This document shows positions 23,411 through 36,149 of a stretch of DNA of 64,000 bases, one piece after another. The notes below the pieces were generated by a model. It made no database searches. It saw nothing but the letters and a program-made list of their open reading frames with translations, and had not been told where the DNA came from. The first letter of the stretch is position 1, and every line of letters starts with the position of its first letter. Source of the DNA: Lama glama (lineage: Eukaryota); assembly GCA_028534125.1 (NCBI GenBank), contig CM052838.1, forward strand, positions 63,488,001 to 63,552,000. The letters are read 5' to 3'. The position numbers and the translations under genes are program-made.

Positions 23411-24371
23411 CTGATACACAAATACAAAGCGAGAAAGCCAGCGACATCTGAAGACTGCTGTGAGGACACAAAAGGTCTAGATCTCTTCCCAGCAGGAAGG
23501 ACCCCTCTGTCTGGTCCCAAAGGTGGGGGACTCGAAGGCTTTTCCCAGACCACAAAGAAGGACCGCTGCTCTGACAGGCAGTACTGCAGAGCCTGCCCTG
23601 TGCTCTCACTCGCTCCCAGGAGCCCTCTGCACGTGCGGATGGCCAGGTGGCATTGTCGGCTGGCTCTTTCATAGCCCCTCTGCTTTGAACACAGAAAGTG
23701 GTGTATTTTTTTCAATGTTTCCCAGAAGTAGGAGTCCCCGCCCAAATGTAGATGGTGGCACTGGGTCACAGGTGGATACCGATTGGTCGTTGCTGGGACA
23801 CCATTCCTGGAAGTCCCCGGCAGTGTGTCTAAGAATAATGTCAGTACATTGCAGACCCCACGGGTGCCCGTGGGCAAGATGGGTATTTTGGGATTTCAGC
23901 TGGCATGGGTAATTCTGGGACTTCTTGCAGGAGACAGGTAACTGCTCTGATAATGCTGTTTCCCACCCTTTATTAAGGCACACCGGAGAAACACTGCTAA
24001 TTAAACATATGTGAGATGAACAGGCAACAGAAACAAATTGTGAGCCATCTACAAACAATTTTAAAAGTCCAAAAGAAATGAATCACAATACGGAAACCTA
24101 AAACCATGTTTAAATGATTTTGGAGTATGTTCCAAACGTCAGGTGCTAAGTAATCACATAATTCCTCATTTTCATGGAATTCCTTAAGATCCCGCATTGG
24201 GAAAGGAAAGAAAAAACCACAGCTTAGATCATTTAAATGAAAATAATATCTAAAGAGGTGATGTGACAAAATTTCTGCTGTCCCAGCCCAGCCACATCTT
24301 GAAGGAATATATCAATGTTTGCAAAAATTATCTGGGCACTCTATAAAATGGTAACGCTTTTTTAATTACAA

Positions 24372-24631
24372 NNNNNNNNNNNNNNNNNNNNNNNNNNNNN
24401 NNNNNNNNNNNNNNNNNNNNNNNNNNNNNNNNNNNNNNNNNNNNNNNNNNNNNNNNNNNNNNNNNNNNNNNNNNNNNNNNNNNNNNNNNNNNNNNNNNNN
24501 NNNNNNNNNNNNNNNNNNNNNNNNNNNNNNNNNNNNNNNNNNNNNNNNNNNNNNNNNNNNNNNNNNNNNNNNNNNNNNNNNNNNNNNNNNNNNNNNNNNN
24601 NNNNNNNNNNNNNNNNNNNNNNNNNNNNNNN
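24372..24631. other. Assembly gap (260 N)
   Basis: N-run. Confidence 1.
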
Positions 24632-27600
24632 GTGAAATGGTCAAAAATCTGAACATATCTAGAGTAATTATTAACCCAATAAGAATGTATTTTTAGTTAT
24701 TTAATCAAAGGTATAAAAATTATTAATGTCAAGTTCTTCTTAGAAAAATGAAGTTTTAAACACCAGCATTTAATTTCAGGGGTGACAATGCTAAATCTAA
24801 CCCATCAGGGGAGTTTCTCGCAGAGCCAAGGAGGAGAAGCAGGAGAGAAAGATTGTCTGTCAGGTCATTACTAGGAAAGAGCAGGAAAGGACTATTTTTC
24901 TCCAAAATGATCTTGAACTAATTTTTAACGTTAACTGAAATTGATCAATCTTCCGTAAGCTCAACTTGCTCTTCGGGCGAAGACAGGACCCGGGAAGCGG
25001 AGCCCGCGGGGATCCCGCGCCTCCCGGGCAAATGCTGTAGGCGGTCATGGCAGGAGCCTTTCTGCCCAACGCTGGCCACGTCGTTGTTTCCCATTTTGTG
25101 TTGCTGGGAGACCTGAAAGGTGGCTTTCTGTCACCTGCTCATGGTAGCGGATTATTTCCCTTTTGCGCTCATCTCCAGAATGTTGACAACCTACGGCTAG
25201 TACAAAAATTTGAATTTTCTCATCGTCTGTGGGAAGGAGGTTGGGTGTCCGTGAGCGCCTGCGACCTTGTGCTCCTTCGGGCCCCTCTTGGTCTTCAGGG
25301 GTTTCTCTTGGATGAAGATCGTGCATTTGCGTGCATGAGACAGAGGTCTCCAGTGAGCCTTGCCTCTGGCCGCCTCTGCTCCGAGACACCGGGAGGTGAC
25401 GCTTCATTTTTGTAGCTCTGGAGTATAAATGTGGCCCCTTTCGCCCGTCTCCCCACCTCTGCTGCTCAGTTGGGCCAGCAGGAGTGTAGCTCGCGCTTCA
25501 CGAGGGAAATGAAATCTGTTATGTGGTTACCAAAGGAGCAGAGGCCATCAGACAGAAAAGATGATCCCCCAGGTTTCTATCCACCAAGGGACTCAATGTC
25601 TCCCTGTATCCAGCTTATCCACAGAACTCCCCCCCACCAAAAAAAAAAGAGGCCTGATTGAGTTGTCCATTTTTTGCCTGTTTTCTGAAACAATGTGCCA
25701 TGAGCTAACAATGGAAAACCAGCACCTAAATATTCAAGGGCCATCTCACAGCCTGGAATCCAAAGGATTAAAGACATGACCTTTGCGAAAATAGCAAGTC
25801 ATCAAGGGGCACTGCAAGCGTCCTCCCTGCTAGCTGCTCTCTCCTCCCCGCCCGGGGACGCCGTGCTGCGCCGGCCTGAACACGGCGCCCCCGCCTGGGT
25901 GTTGCCGGATAGCGTCACTGGGTCTGCTTGTCGGTGTGCTTGCATTTCACCTGAGAACCCAGAGTGACGGATGTGACCATCTATCTGTGCCATCGCGGCC
26001 GCTCCTGCCCACCCCCATCTAGCCCAGTGCGATTCCTCCGTGGTCCCGGCATCTTCCCCGTCACTTCTCTTTCGCCGTTATCCAAGGTGATCGGCCAGCC
26101 TCGTGCCAGCACCTTCCTTTCGACCCAGCGCTCCCTCCACTTAGCCTGAGTCTCCTTGACGCCTCTCCCTCCCCCGGCGATCTGCCACGCCAACCGAGGA
26201 GACTGTGGTTACTAAACATATACAAGGAAAAAGAGGGAAAAACAAAACTATTGTAAATACGGTTGTGGGTCCGTCTGATTTAAGCTCACAGGTACGGAGT
26301 GGGTTGAAGTTACAACAATTCACGGCAGGCTTTGGAGCAACTTTTCGCTGATGCATTTCAATTTAGACCAGATTCAGGCCTGAGACCTGGGCACGGAGTT
26401 CCTGGTGAATCGCCCCACCTTCCTTCGTCAAGGAAAAGCCGGGGCATCCAGAGGACATTCTCTTTTACCAGGTGCCCAAATGCCTCTTGGAAACCTGTCC
26501 AGAGAAGGATCACATCCTTGTGTCCTCAGGGAGAAAGTCGGTCTCTGGCTCTGGCGTCATGCCTGCCACACAGAGCTTACCTTCTGTCCGTCCGCAGGTG
26601 CGCCTCGTGGGTACCAAGAGGCTCACGTTTCTGATCATCACAGGAAGCCATCCTTCAACCAAGTCTTAAAGCTCCGATGTTCTCACTGTGGTCTGGCGCC
26701 TCCCAAGACCAGGCTTGTACACCTCTTAGGTCTTACATTTCCTGCTTATCTGGAGACCAAGACTGAGCTTGTCTGGGCGTCTTCTGCACCGCCACCTTTC
26801 TCCATGAGGGAAGGAGGACTGGGCCCAGCGGAGAGAGGCTAGAAGGAGCCTCAGCTTTGGGCTCAGCCTCACTTTTGGGGCACGTTCAGCTCCCACACAG
26901 CAGCCTCGGCATGAGGCCAACGCCATTCATACTGAATGTACTGGAAGCTTCTCCCGGCCGGCCAGCTACTCACTGGCTGGATCCACGTGGTTTGGCCGAA
27001 GCTCCTGCGAGCCCAGCTGGTAATGTCCAGTTAGCTGCCAGACGAAGGAGTGGCCACGTCCCCTCGTCTGCCATGCTCCCCCGCACGGGAGCATCCATCA
27101 CCTAGACCAGTCACACCCTCCCAGCAGCCTAGACTGGTATTTCCCTTTTTCTCACCAGTGAGCCACCTGCCAACCATACTGTAGCTGCAGAGCCCAGCCC
27201 TGAGGTCAGCATGCAAACGGTAGAGCAAATGCTGCCCTGGAGGGACCCGCCGCTGGCTTAGGGACACGCTGACACGGGCAATCCAGGGGTGCTGCTGTAG
27301 CTGGGGAATCGGGCACCTGTTATGAGCCAGAGGCATCAGGAGGACACAGGAAGGGAACTGGGCAGGACGCATAGGGCTGACTGGGAGGAGCTTGGGGACA
27401 CCTCTGTGGGCCCCATGGAGGGAGCCTGGGTCCCCAGAGCCCGAGTGTCAGGAGGCCACTTTCAAATGTGGGCCACTTTAAGGCCATTTTAACACACTGC
27501 CTAGCGAGTTCTTTGTTTCCTAACTAACCAGGACAAGTCACTTGTCTAAATGTGGAAATTCTTAAAATACTCAAAGGCTGCTTAGAGTGAAAACCTCTAT

Positions 27601-28083
27601 GAAGGAAATCTTCCGTCTTTGTGGGGAGTTTTCATAAATTTCCTAAGTAAGTGCTGATGCCGTAATAGGGCTACCTCTGTCGCTGAAATGGAGATGGCTG
27701 CAGACGTGGGAATTGTACTGAACAGGGAGGGGGACACCCCCGGGGTGGAGGGAGGCAAGTCCACCTTGACCTCAGCTCCCTATCAAGGACCACCTCCCAG
27801 CTGCATCCAGCCCTTGCAGCTGCGTTGGCCTGGCCACGTTAGGGAGCACCTGGTTCACAGGCTGACATGGTCTTCCTGGTGCTGAGGAAACACGGGGACT
27901 CACGGTGACAACGCGCACTCGGGCAGCCTCCGATCCACGCCTCGCTGCCCGCAGGACACAGTGCCCCCGGCGTTTGGGATGGTTGTCTCTGAATCTACAG
28001 GGCAGATAATTCCGTTTGGATGTGCCATTCCTTACCCGAATAGATTAGAACCTGCTGGGGGGAAATACTTTGAAAAACATGAC

Positions 28084-28441
28084 TGTGTCCCCCCAGAATT
28101 CCTGTGTTGAAGCCCCACCCCCCAGTGCAATGGTGTGAGGAGGTGGGGCCCTGGGGGAGGTGACTGGGGCTGGATGAGGCTCTGTAGGTGGGATTCTCAT
28201 GATGGGACCAGTGCCCTGAGGGGAAGAGACGGGAGGGAGCGCGTTCCTGTGCCCTCCCCACCGTGCGATGACTCCGCGGGAAGGCGGCCGTCTACAGGCC
28301 GGGGAGAGGGTCCTCCCCGGAGCCGGGCGCGCTGGCTCCCCAGTCCCGCACATCCAGCCTCCAGAACCCTGAGACATAAGTGTCTGCTGTGTGAGCCGCC
28401 CAGCCTGCGGGGTTTGTCCTGGCGCCCGAGTTGCTGATGCA
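28084..28441 (+). mobile_element. MaLR solo LTR (MLT1A-like), GC-shifted
   Basis: TGTGTCCCCCCAGAATTCCTGTGTTGAAG...GGAGGTGGGGCC...CCAGCCTCCAGAACCCTGAGACATAAGTGTCTGCTGTGTGAGCCGCCCAGCCTGCGG is colinear with the MLT1A consensus as recalled. Confidence 0.85.
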
Positions 28442-29400
28442 GAGATGGTTCACAGGAAACTGGTTTTTAAACTCAAGGAATCCAAAAACCAGGAACGCCC
28501 ATGTTTGTGCTTGAAACAAGAAACAGCAAAACTGCCTCTGTGAGAGAGCCAGAGAGACGAGGACGCAGGAGGACAGGGAAGGAAGAGACTCTGCCCGGCG
28601 GTTTGCACTGGGGCGGAGGCTGAGGTGCCGGTGCCAACCTCCAGTCCAAACTGATTTTCCGAGCCAACTTATACACTCCTAAAATATTTCCATGTAATTG
28701 AAGCATTTTCGTAAATGCCTGTGTGAATGGCATGGCTATAATTAGCGTCTTTGCCGGGCTGGATTATGCCATCGCACCGAGTTAGTCCTAATTATCGGGT
28801 TTTCTTGGGAACAACTGGCTGAGTGCACTTGACCGAAATACATTTAATTTGGTTTTATATAGCACCTTTTAGTACACACTGTGCTTTACTTCAAACTGCT
28901 TTAATGAGTAACGGATCAGATGCTCGCAGAGCAGTGACTCCTCAAATGAAGGGAAGAGACGTTACAGGTTCAGCGATAGCTCACATTGGAAAAGCAGGAC
29001 CCTCGTGGCCGCTCGGCTCCTGCTCTCTGCAGGAAGGGTCGTGCCGTCCCGCCTTCCCCCGTGGCCCGGCACAGGGGAGCTGGGGGGGACCAGCACGTGG
29101 TCATCAACATGCCCCGTCGTGGGACAGGAGGTGGGACACCTCTGGCGGTGGGACCATGTGTAGCCAAGGGGGCCTGGAGAGGACAGAGATGCCACCACTG
29201 TATCCCAGTAAGCGAGGACCAGTGGGGGTCCAGCCGTTGGCCACTGTGTGTCCCCCTGAGTGGGCTGAGTGTGACATCTGATAACTTGATGATAGGTGAT
29301 TTAGGAAATCAGGCAGGCGGGAACTGAGAATCAGAGACCTTGCTCAAAGCCCAGATAGAGGATCCCTAAGAGTCCCAAAGAACCTGAATTTACATGTATG

Positions 29401-29476
29401 TAGGGTGACCATCTGTCCTGATTAACCTGGGACCAGGTGAAGTTCTGGACAAACAGAGACGGCTGGGTCACTCATA
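29401..29476. mobile_element. Short hAT-Blackjack-type MITE (MER81/MER94-like)
   Basis: Terminal inverted repeats TAGGGTGACCA ... GGGTCACTCATA, with internal TGTCCTGATTAACCTGGGAC / GGACAAAC. Confidence 0.6.
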
Positions 29477-29483
29477 TCTAGAG

Positions 29484-29654
29484 CAGCATTTCTCAAAGGT
29501 TGGTGCTCAAACCATCTGCTCATTAAAAACCCAGAGGCCTTTGTCCTCACTCCAGACCTACTGATGGAGAAAGGAGGGGCGGGGGACCCCATCATTTGCA
29601 TTTAACCAGTCCTCTGGCTGATGTGTATTTGCAACCAACTTCTGAGAACCACTT
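29484..29654 (+). mobile_element. MER5A-like hAT-Charlie MITE
   Basis: CAGCATTTCTCAAAG...CCAGACCTACTGA...TGAGAACCACT. Flanked by degenerate 8-bp TSDs ATCTAGAG (29476) and TCCTAGAG (29655), fitting the NTCTAGAN target preference. Confidence 0.8.
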
Positions 29655-30104
29655 TCCTAGAGAAACTAAAAGAAGCAGCAAGTGTTTTACTGACAAGGAG
29701 AAGTCCATGCAGAATCTTCCCTGCGTGAAGGCAGGTCCCCGGGCTGGGCAGAGCCGGGTCCCCTGGATGGGGTCAAATGGCCTGAGCAGCGGGTGGGGAG
29801 GGCTGGAGGTGGTGTGCGCATGGCACCGAGGCAGCCTCGTGGCATTGGTGGCCTCCACAAGTCTAGACGGAGCCAAGTTGCCCTCAGACAAAGCAGGCGG
29901 GTAATTTTTCTCTATTCCCAGCATCTTGAAAAACCCTCGAAAGTGACAGTGGGCTCCATCGGGGAAAGGCGGGTCCAGCGTAGGCCCAGCGACTTCCCGG
30001 AGGACAGGAGGCTCCTCTAGGGGATGAGGCCTCAGGAAGACCTGAGCCAGCTCCTGTCGACTTCCTACTGCCTGGGCCAGAGACCGTCACCGTTGTCACG
30101 TTCC

Positions 30105-30235
30105 ACACTCATCACCCCCATTATTAAAGTAAGACAACTGAATCCTGGAGAAGTGACTTCCCTAGGTCTTAATGCAAATAATAAAGAAAGCCAGGCATGC
30201 CAGACCCAAAGCCAGCTTTCCCCATTAACCGCCCC
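30105..30235 (-). mobile_element. MIR remnant
   Basis: ATCACCCCCATTATTAAAGTAAGACAACTGAATCCTGGAGAAGTGACTTCCCTAGGTC is MIR-core-like. Confidence 0.6.
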
Positions 30236-31150
30236 CCACCCCCCGACGTGGTGCCCCTGAAGTCCCACTGTCTCTCTTGCAGTTACTCCAGGGCAGACGC
30301 TGGTTAAGGCGTGTCTCAGCGGTTACACAACTTGCCACGGCTCTGCTGCCGCGAAGGGGCAGAGCGCCCCCGCCCGCCCTCCCCGGCCTCGTGCAGCCGC
30401 CGGAAAGGGTAACCAGGACGGTGTCGGTTTTTCATCTACTTCTTCTATTTTTTTAATTTCTTCTTTGACTGTTGCCACTTCATACATTTTCTGAGCCCCT
30501 GTACCTCTGCTCTGAGATTTTTATATTAAAGATTATTTCATTGTTAAAAAGTTCATGAGGCTCTGAGTAGGCCTTTCCCACTTGAAAAAACACCCCGAAT
30601 GCAGTGCTTACCCAAGATTTATTATTACTCAAGATCCTGTGGGCCACTTGGGCGGTTCTCCCAGTGAGGGCCAGCTCAGCTGAGCTCTGCGAACCGGGGA
30701 CTCAGCCTGAGCTGAACGGGGGCCTTCGGGCTGGTGGTCTAGGGACAGGGGCTGGGCTGGCGGCTCTGCTCTGCCCCGTGGGTCACGGGGCCTCAGGCGG
30801 GCTAGCCCGGGCTTCTTGTCAGGCGGTCTCCAGGGCCACGGGGCAGCGGGGCCCACACCCACACCCTCCCCACTACCATCTCTTGGGCCAAATCCAGCCA
30901 CGTGGCTGACCTCGAGGCGGCGGAGGAGGGGGTGCCCAGAGGCCGGCGTGCAGGGAGGGCAGTACGGAGGCCACTCCGCCTTCCTCCCCGTCACTCACAG
31001 AAGGGAGTTCCCTGGGCTCTTGCCCGGCCTGAGAAGCCCCGACTGGGGCCGGGGGCAGGGGGGGTCTCTGGAGCCCAGTCTCCTGGCCTTCTCCCTCCTC
31101 ATTCCGTGCACCCCCCTACAGCGACATCCTTGGTGGCCCTCAGACCTCCC

Positions 31151-31477
31151 TGTCAGTCAGGGTTCCCCAGAAGAGCAGAACCAATAGGGTATGTACACAG
31201 ACAGACAGACAGAGGGTCATTTACTGTAAGGACTGGCTCACACGGATGCAGAGGTCGGCAAGTCCAAAATCTGCCAGGCGGGCGGGCGGGCCGGCGAGCC
31301 TCTGGAGAGGCGATGTTTCAGCTCAAACCCAAAGGCTGGACCGCCTCTTCCGAGAGGGACCCCAGTCTCTTTTCTCTCAGGACCTCATCACGTTGGAAGA
31401 TGCCCACTCTCGTGATGGAGGCTAATCTGCTTTGCTCCAAATCTACTGATTTAAATGTTACTCTCATCTCAAAACCC
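31151..31477 (-). mobile_element. ERVL LTR fragment (MLT2-like)
   Basis: TCAGGGTTCCCCAGAAGAGCAGAACCAATAGG, GCAAGTCCAAAATCTGC and AATCTGCTTTGCTCCAAATCTACTGATTTAAATGTTA are typical of MLT2. Confidence 0.85.
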
Positions 31478-32089
31478 TCTGCCTGTGGCTATAGAGTTCA
31501 AATAAAACTTCCCGGTTACAATTCGACATAGCAGACAACATACCAAGAGGGACAAAGTTCCCTGGTTCAGAACCAGAAGAGCTGAGTTGGCCAGCTGGCA
31601 GAGAGTTCTCCCCTGGATTCTGCCTGGCACGTGGAGAAGCAACAGAGATGGGGCAGGGTGAGGGGACACACAAACTCAACCAGTTTGCAGGAAGTCGTCC
31701 GTTAGGGGCAGAAAGACGGGGTGGGGGTTAGAGGCGGTCATGCAGTTCTTGGTCTCTTTGGCTGGGGAGTGGTAAAAGCCAAAATGATTTATCGTGTTAA
31801 GAACCTCCCTGATTATCAGGGAGGCGTCAGCTCTCGCACAGCACTGGCCTGGCCCTGCCAACACCGAACTTCTTCAAAAAGCTGCCCTATGAATAATTCA
31901 CGGCATTCCAAGATAAGTAATCATTGTTTTAAAAAAGTGAATAAGTACAGAATACATTTTAAAAACTACTGGAAAGGGGAGGAAATGAACAGGAAAGAAC
32001 ATGGTAAGGAGAGAACCCTTACTAACAGACGTTTCCACGGAGCAGCTGAAAACTGTTGCCAAACAGGCCCCATGAATTTTTTAACACTC

Positions 32090-32760
32090 AATGAAATAAT
32101 TGCTTCTTTAATATACAGTCTCAGAGCAGAGCTACAGGAGCTCAGGAAATATATAAAGTGGCAACAGTAGAAGAAGAAATAAAAAAAGAAGTGGATGAAA
32201 ATCTAAAAGCATCACAAAAATGAAGGCCACACCGGTGACAAGAGGAAGATCTATTAGTGACAACACAGTGGAGCCCCTGGAAGACAGGACGGGAGACGGA
32301 CCACATAAGATGGAAATAAACAAGGCGTGTGGAAGAGGAGCAAGGAAATAACATGTGGCTAAGATAGGAAAACAAACAGGTATCCAGCAAACACAGAAAT
32401 GTTTTCCTGAAGCAGAAAGCTGAAAAATTGGAACAGGAAAAAAAAACTTTGAGATACAATTTAAGAAAACTTTCCAGAAATAAAAGACAAGGTGAATCTA
32501 TAGATTGAAAGAGTGCTCTGTGGACCAAGAGAAATGATACGGCATGATCAATACTGAGACACACGCTGGTAACGTTATCGATCGTCCAAGAGAAGAGTCC
32601 TTTGGGGGCCCAACAGAAGATGGGGCTGTTCTCTGAACCATCCACTTGCCAAATCCTCAGGGAAAGAAGGTGTTAACCCAAGAGGTCTGTACCTGGTCAA
32701 ACTGTAATTCAAGTATTAAAGGAAACAAACATGCAGGACCTCAAGAAATGTAGTCTCTGT
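32090..32760 (+). mobile_element. HAL1/old L1 ORF1 remnant
   Basis: Around 32465 it translates ENFPEIKDKVNL*IERVLCGP (ORF1p ENFPEL-QIERAH-P motif). A decayed PRILYP-like segment lies near 32680. Confidence 0.7.
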
Positions 32761-33128
32761 ATTTCTAGCCTTTCCAATAAAAACCCCTAGATAGCCAGCG
32801 CCGCCCAGCACAGGTGAACAGAGAGGCAGCCAGCAGAAGACGGGGAGTGGGTGTCAAGCCCGCTGAGCTGCGGTTATGCAGGGCCAGCCGTGAGGATTAC
32901 AGCCAAGGACGGAACGTGCACGTGTGTGACCCCAGGAAAGGGAAACCAGCCTCAGCACCTGCGTTAAAACTCGCGTGAGGTCACTAGTTTGTTCATGCTT
33001 TGACATCCGGGGAACAAAGATGTCATTTTTAAAGCAGGTAAGTAGAAAATATAAGAGTGTATATAAAAACATAAATGCAGTAAAGGCAAACACCAAAGAA
33101 ATTACATAATTTCTTAAAACTGGGTGGC

Positions 33129-33297
33129 GGGGGGGGTACAGCTCAGTGGTAGAGTGTGTGCTCAGCACGCGTGGGGTCCTGGGCTTAATCCTCAGCACCG
33201 CCATGAAAGACAAACAAATAAATAAACAAACCAAATTACCTTCCCCCAAAAAAGGCTAAATAAATTTTAAATGGTTAAAATGGTGAGTTTTAAAAAA
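33129..33297 (+). mobile_element. tRNA-derived SINE (camelid vic-1-like)
   Basis: GGGGGGTACAGCTCAGTGGTAGAG (A-box)...GGTCCTGGGCTTAATCCTCAGCACC (degenerate B-box), then an (AAAT/AAAC)n AATTACCTTCCCCC tail. Possible TSD AAAACTGGGTGG / AAAAATGGGATGG. Confidence 0.88.
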
Positions 33298-33627
33298 ATG
33301 GGATGGGAGGGGAGGAGGCAGGATGTATACTAAGCTTGTTAGTGCCTTAATTTCTTATAAGAAATATTTCTCAGTTTTACAAAACAACAAAATAACTTCT
33401 CTTGACAAATAAAGAGGAGAGAGGATCTAGTCTCTAGTTCTTGGACCCAGCTTTTGACGTTAATTTCTGTCCAGATCAGTTTTCTGGCGGGGCGCAGGCT
33501 GCCTCCAGCCATTTGGGAAGAACACAGTTTCTGATGGTGGATCAGTGTTGTCATAGTAGCAAAGGGTGACGGCGGCTTCAGCGTGTTGGGCGTTCGCACG
33601 TAAAGCTAAGGAGATACCCCATGACGG

Positions 33628-33750
33628 CATTCAGTCCTCACTGCACCCCCATGAGTCAGGCCTTTATGTCTCATTTCTCAGAAGAGGACTTCGGAGGGTC
33701 TACAGGGCACGTGGCTAGGAAATTGCAAGTTGAACTTGAACCTGAGTGGC
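33628..33750 (-). mobile_element. MIR remnant
   Basis: CATTCAGTCCTCACTGCACCCCCATGAG...CTCATTTCTCAGAAGAGGAC...GAACTTGAACCTGAG follows the MIR layout. Confidence 0.55.
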
Positions 33751-36149
33751 TCCCAAGTGGGTGCTCGCAAGCTCAAGGAGACCTTACTGTAAGATTTGGA
33801 TTGAGTTTCTTATTATGGAGGAAGAATATTTCCATACAACTGACACCAAATTAACAAAGGAGGTCCTTCCTAACCCACTTAGCCTCTCAGACTGGAATGT
33901 CTCTTCCCGCCCCCTCCCCTCCCCCTCCCCTTTGTCACTTGGAATGTTTCTCATTGTTCATGGTTCAAGGCTCACGCATCGCCTTATCCCAGCAATTCCC
34001 GGCCCTCCTTCCTCCGCGCTCCACGCTCAGCACCTCCTACGTGTGCACCGGCCCTCAGCCAGCTGACACAGTTAATCGCTGAGGCACCTTGCGCCGTGTC
34101 TGGTCCGAGTAAATGGAATCCACAACTTAGAGGTCATGTTAAATTTTGACATGAGCTTTGTTATTTGTCGCCTTTTTTGGATCCTTCGTCTTAAGGTAGA
34201 CTTCTGAGTTAACTGAAGCAGAAGTCAGGACAGGCCACCACTCTCCCCCGTGTGACAAGCACTTAGCTAACATTATGGGGAGTTAACCAAAGGACAATAC
34301 AATCTTGTCCTTAGGCTTATTTCTAGAGTTGCTGGAGGGAGAGGTGAGACCGTGAAAAAAAACAAACAAAGAAACAAAACAAGGAAAAGGAAGGCAACAC
34401 TTCAGATGACTGCGGAACAAATACGAGTCCCATGCAGTCTCCGTGGGTGCATGTTTGCATTGAGAAGGTTAAAATCTGAAGGCGATTTTCAGTTGTCTAG
34501 TTTACGGAAGGCGCCAGTCTCTGATCTCTCCTCTCCTGTCCATTCAGCAGTGGGTGGGCAAGAGGGTTCCAAAAAGTCACATCTCTCTGCTCCGGTTAAC
34601 CACCCACTTCCACACACAAAAAGGAGGCTCCCAAATGTCGCCGTTAGCTTTCTGTTTGATTTTCGCTCCAGAGAGGTTCTGCGAGACGGCGCCACGAAGG
34701 GTAGGAAATGTCTTTTAAATGTCCTTTCTCCATCTATGTGATCTTCCTCGTTGCTCCTTCCGTCTCCTTTGCTTATAGGTTAGATCCCCAGAAACTTACT
34801 ATTCAGATCGTAGCCGAGCTAGACAACCGCTTTTCCGTCTTGGACTTCGTTCAGTACGGTTTGCTCGAGGAAAGGTAATTTCTCCTTCCCTTTAAACAGC
34901 ACAGCTCCGCCTACTGAAAGCTCTGTTTGCCGTTTTTCTTTTAATTAAAGCTCATGAGCCCCCCTGGAAAAGCTGAGGTCTTTTCTTACGGGTTTCTCAG
35001 TTTCAGGAAAGAGTGGGAGGAAGGCACCCTTCATCAGCTCAGGACTATTCACGGAGGGAACCTCAGCCATCAAATCCGTTTCCTGGTCACTCTGAAAATT
35101 GGGATGGTAGCCTTTTGGGGAAAATCTGAGAAGGAGAAATAAATAAATGAAGGCCACGCAAGGCCTGCAGGGATAAACAAGGTTGACAAGCTAGTATTTT
35201 CCTATTGCTTCTGGTTCACAGCAGGCCTCCAGGCCAAACTCCGGCTTGAAGCATTCCACTCCTCCACCTGGAGGGGCCCCCGTGGCGTCGGGGGTTCTGC
35301 GGAACGTCTTCTCTGCCTGTTTCCCCGCTGCGTTCTCCCTCCACAGGGTGGTTACCCCAGGCTTGGGACGATGGACCCCATTAGGGGAAAGAGTGCCGAT
35401 TCCAGGCAATTTCATTATCTGTCCTCTGGTACCACTGACTAACCAGTGGTCCAAGGGCCTGCCAGGTGCCGCCCAGCTGTCACATCAGATGTCCTCCCCG
35501 CCACACCCACTCCCTAACGTCACCCAGCCGACAGCCGGGCCGGGAAACACCAAGCGGAGGACAGTTCACTGCAGGACGCAGCTCAAGACCGTGGGGAGAG
35601 AGAGACCCCGTCGCTGGAGAGCAGTTCATGCCTCAGATGAGCAGAGAGTGGCTGGTACACGGAGCAGGGGCTTGGTGAGACATCATAAGATCAAACGCCC
35701 CACGAAGATGGTCAAACAAAAGTCCTTTCAGAGGCATTTGGATCCAGGACTCTTTCTCTTAGTTCAATGCCCTGTTCATGTCGAGGGGCCAAGATGGCCC
35801 CAGACTGGGGCGCCCTGAAGGCAAAAGCGGCCATCGAGGGGAGATGGCTTCCTATTTTGGGGACAGCAGAAAATGTCTGCGAGCGTGAGGAAATGTGTCT
35901 CCCAGCCAACAGCAGAAAACAAACGTTGCCCGGCCCGCTTCCTCGTGTGGCCCAGCGTACTTCTATGCACGTTTGCTGTGTGGACAAGAGGGTTAAAAGT
36001 TAAACAGTCGCCCAGGGCGCCGGGAAGGCGGCGCACAGGTGGGAAATGGGCTTCCAGCCTCCCGAACTATCGCTCCCCGTCTTTAGCAGCAGCTAACAGG
36101 CACCAGTGGGCAAAAACGTCTTTCCTGAAGGTGCCGGGTATTGTGAAAT

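Noticed and set aside
24925-24949. Adjacent 10-bp palindromes TTAACGTTAA and ATTGATCAAT
   Set aside because: About one such pair is expected by chance per window, more in AT-rich DNA, and there is no independent support.
30902-31531. 209-aa ORF
   Set aside because: Runs through an MLT2 LTR in antisense, has a GTG start and shows no protein similarity I recognise.
33129-33202. Possible tRNA gene
   Set aside because: Degenerate B-box and anticodon arm, a SINE-type A-rich tail, and a second diverged copy at 438-520. It is a SINE.
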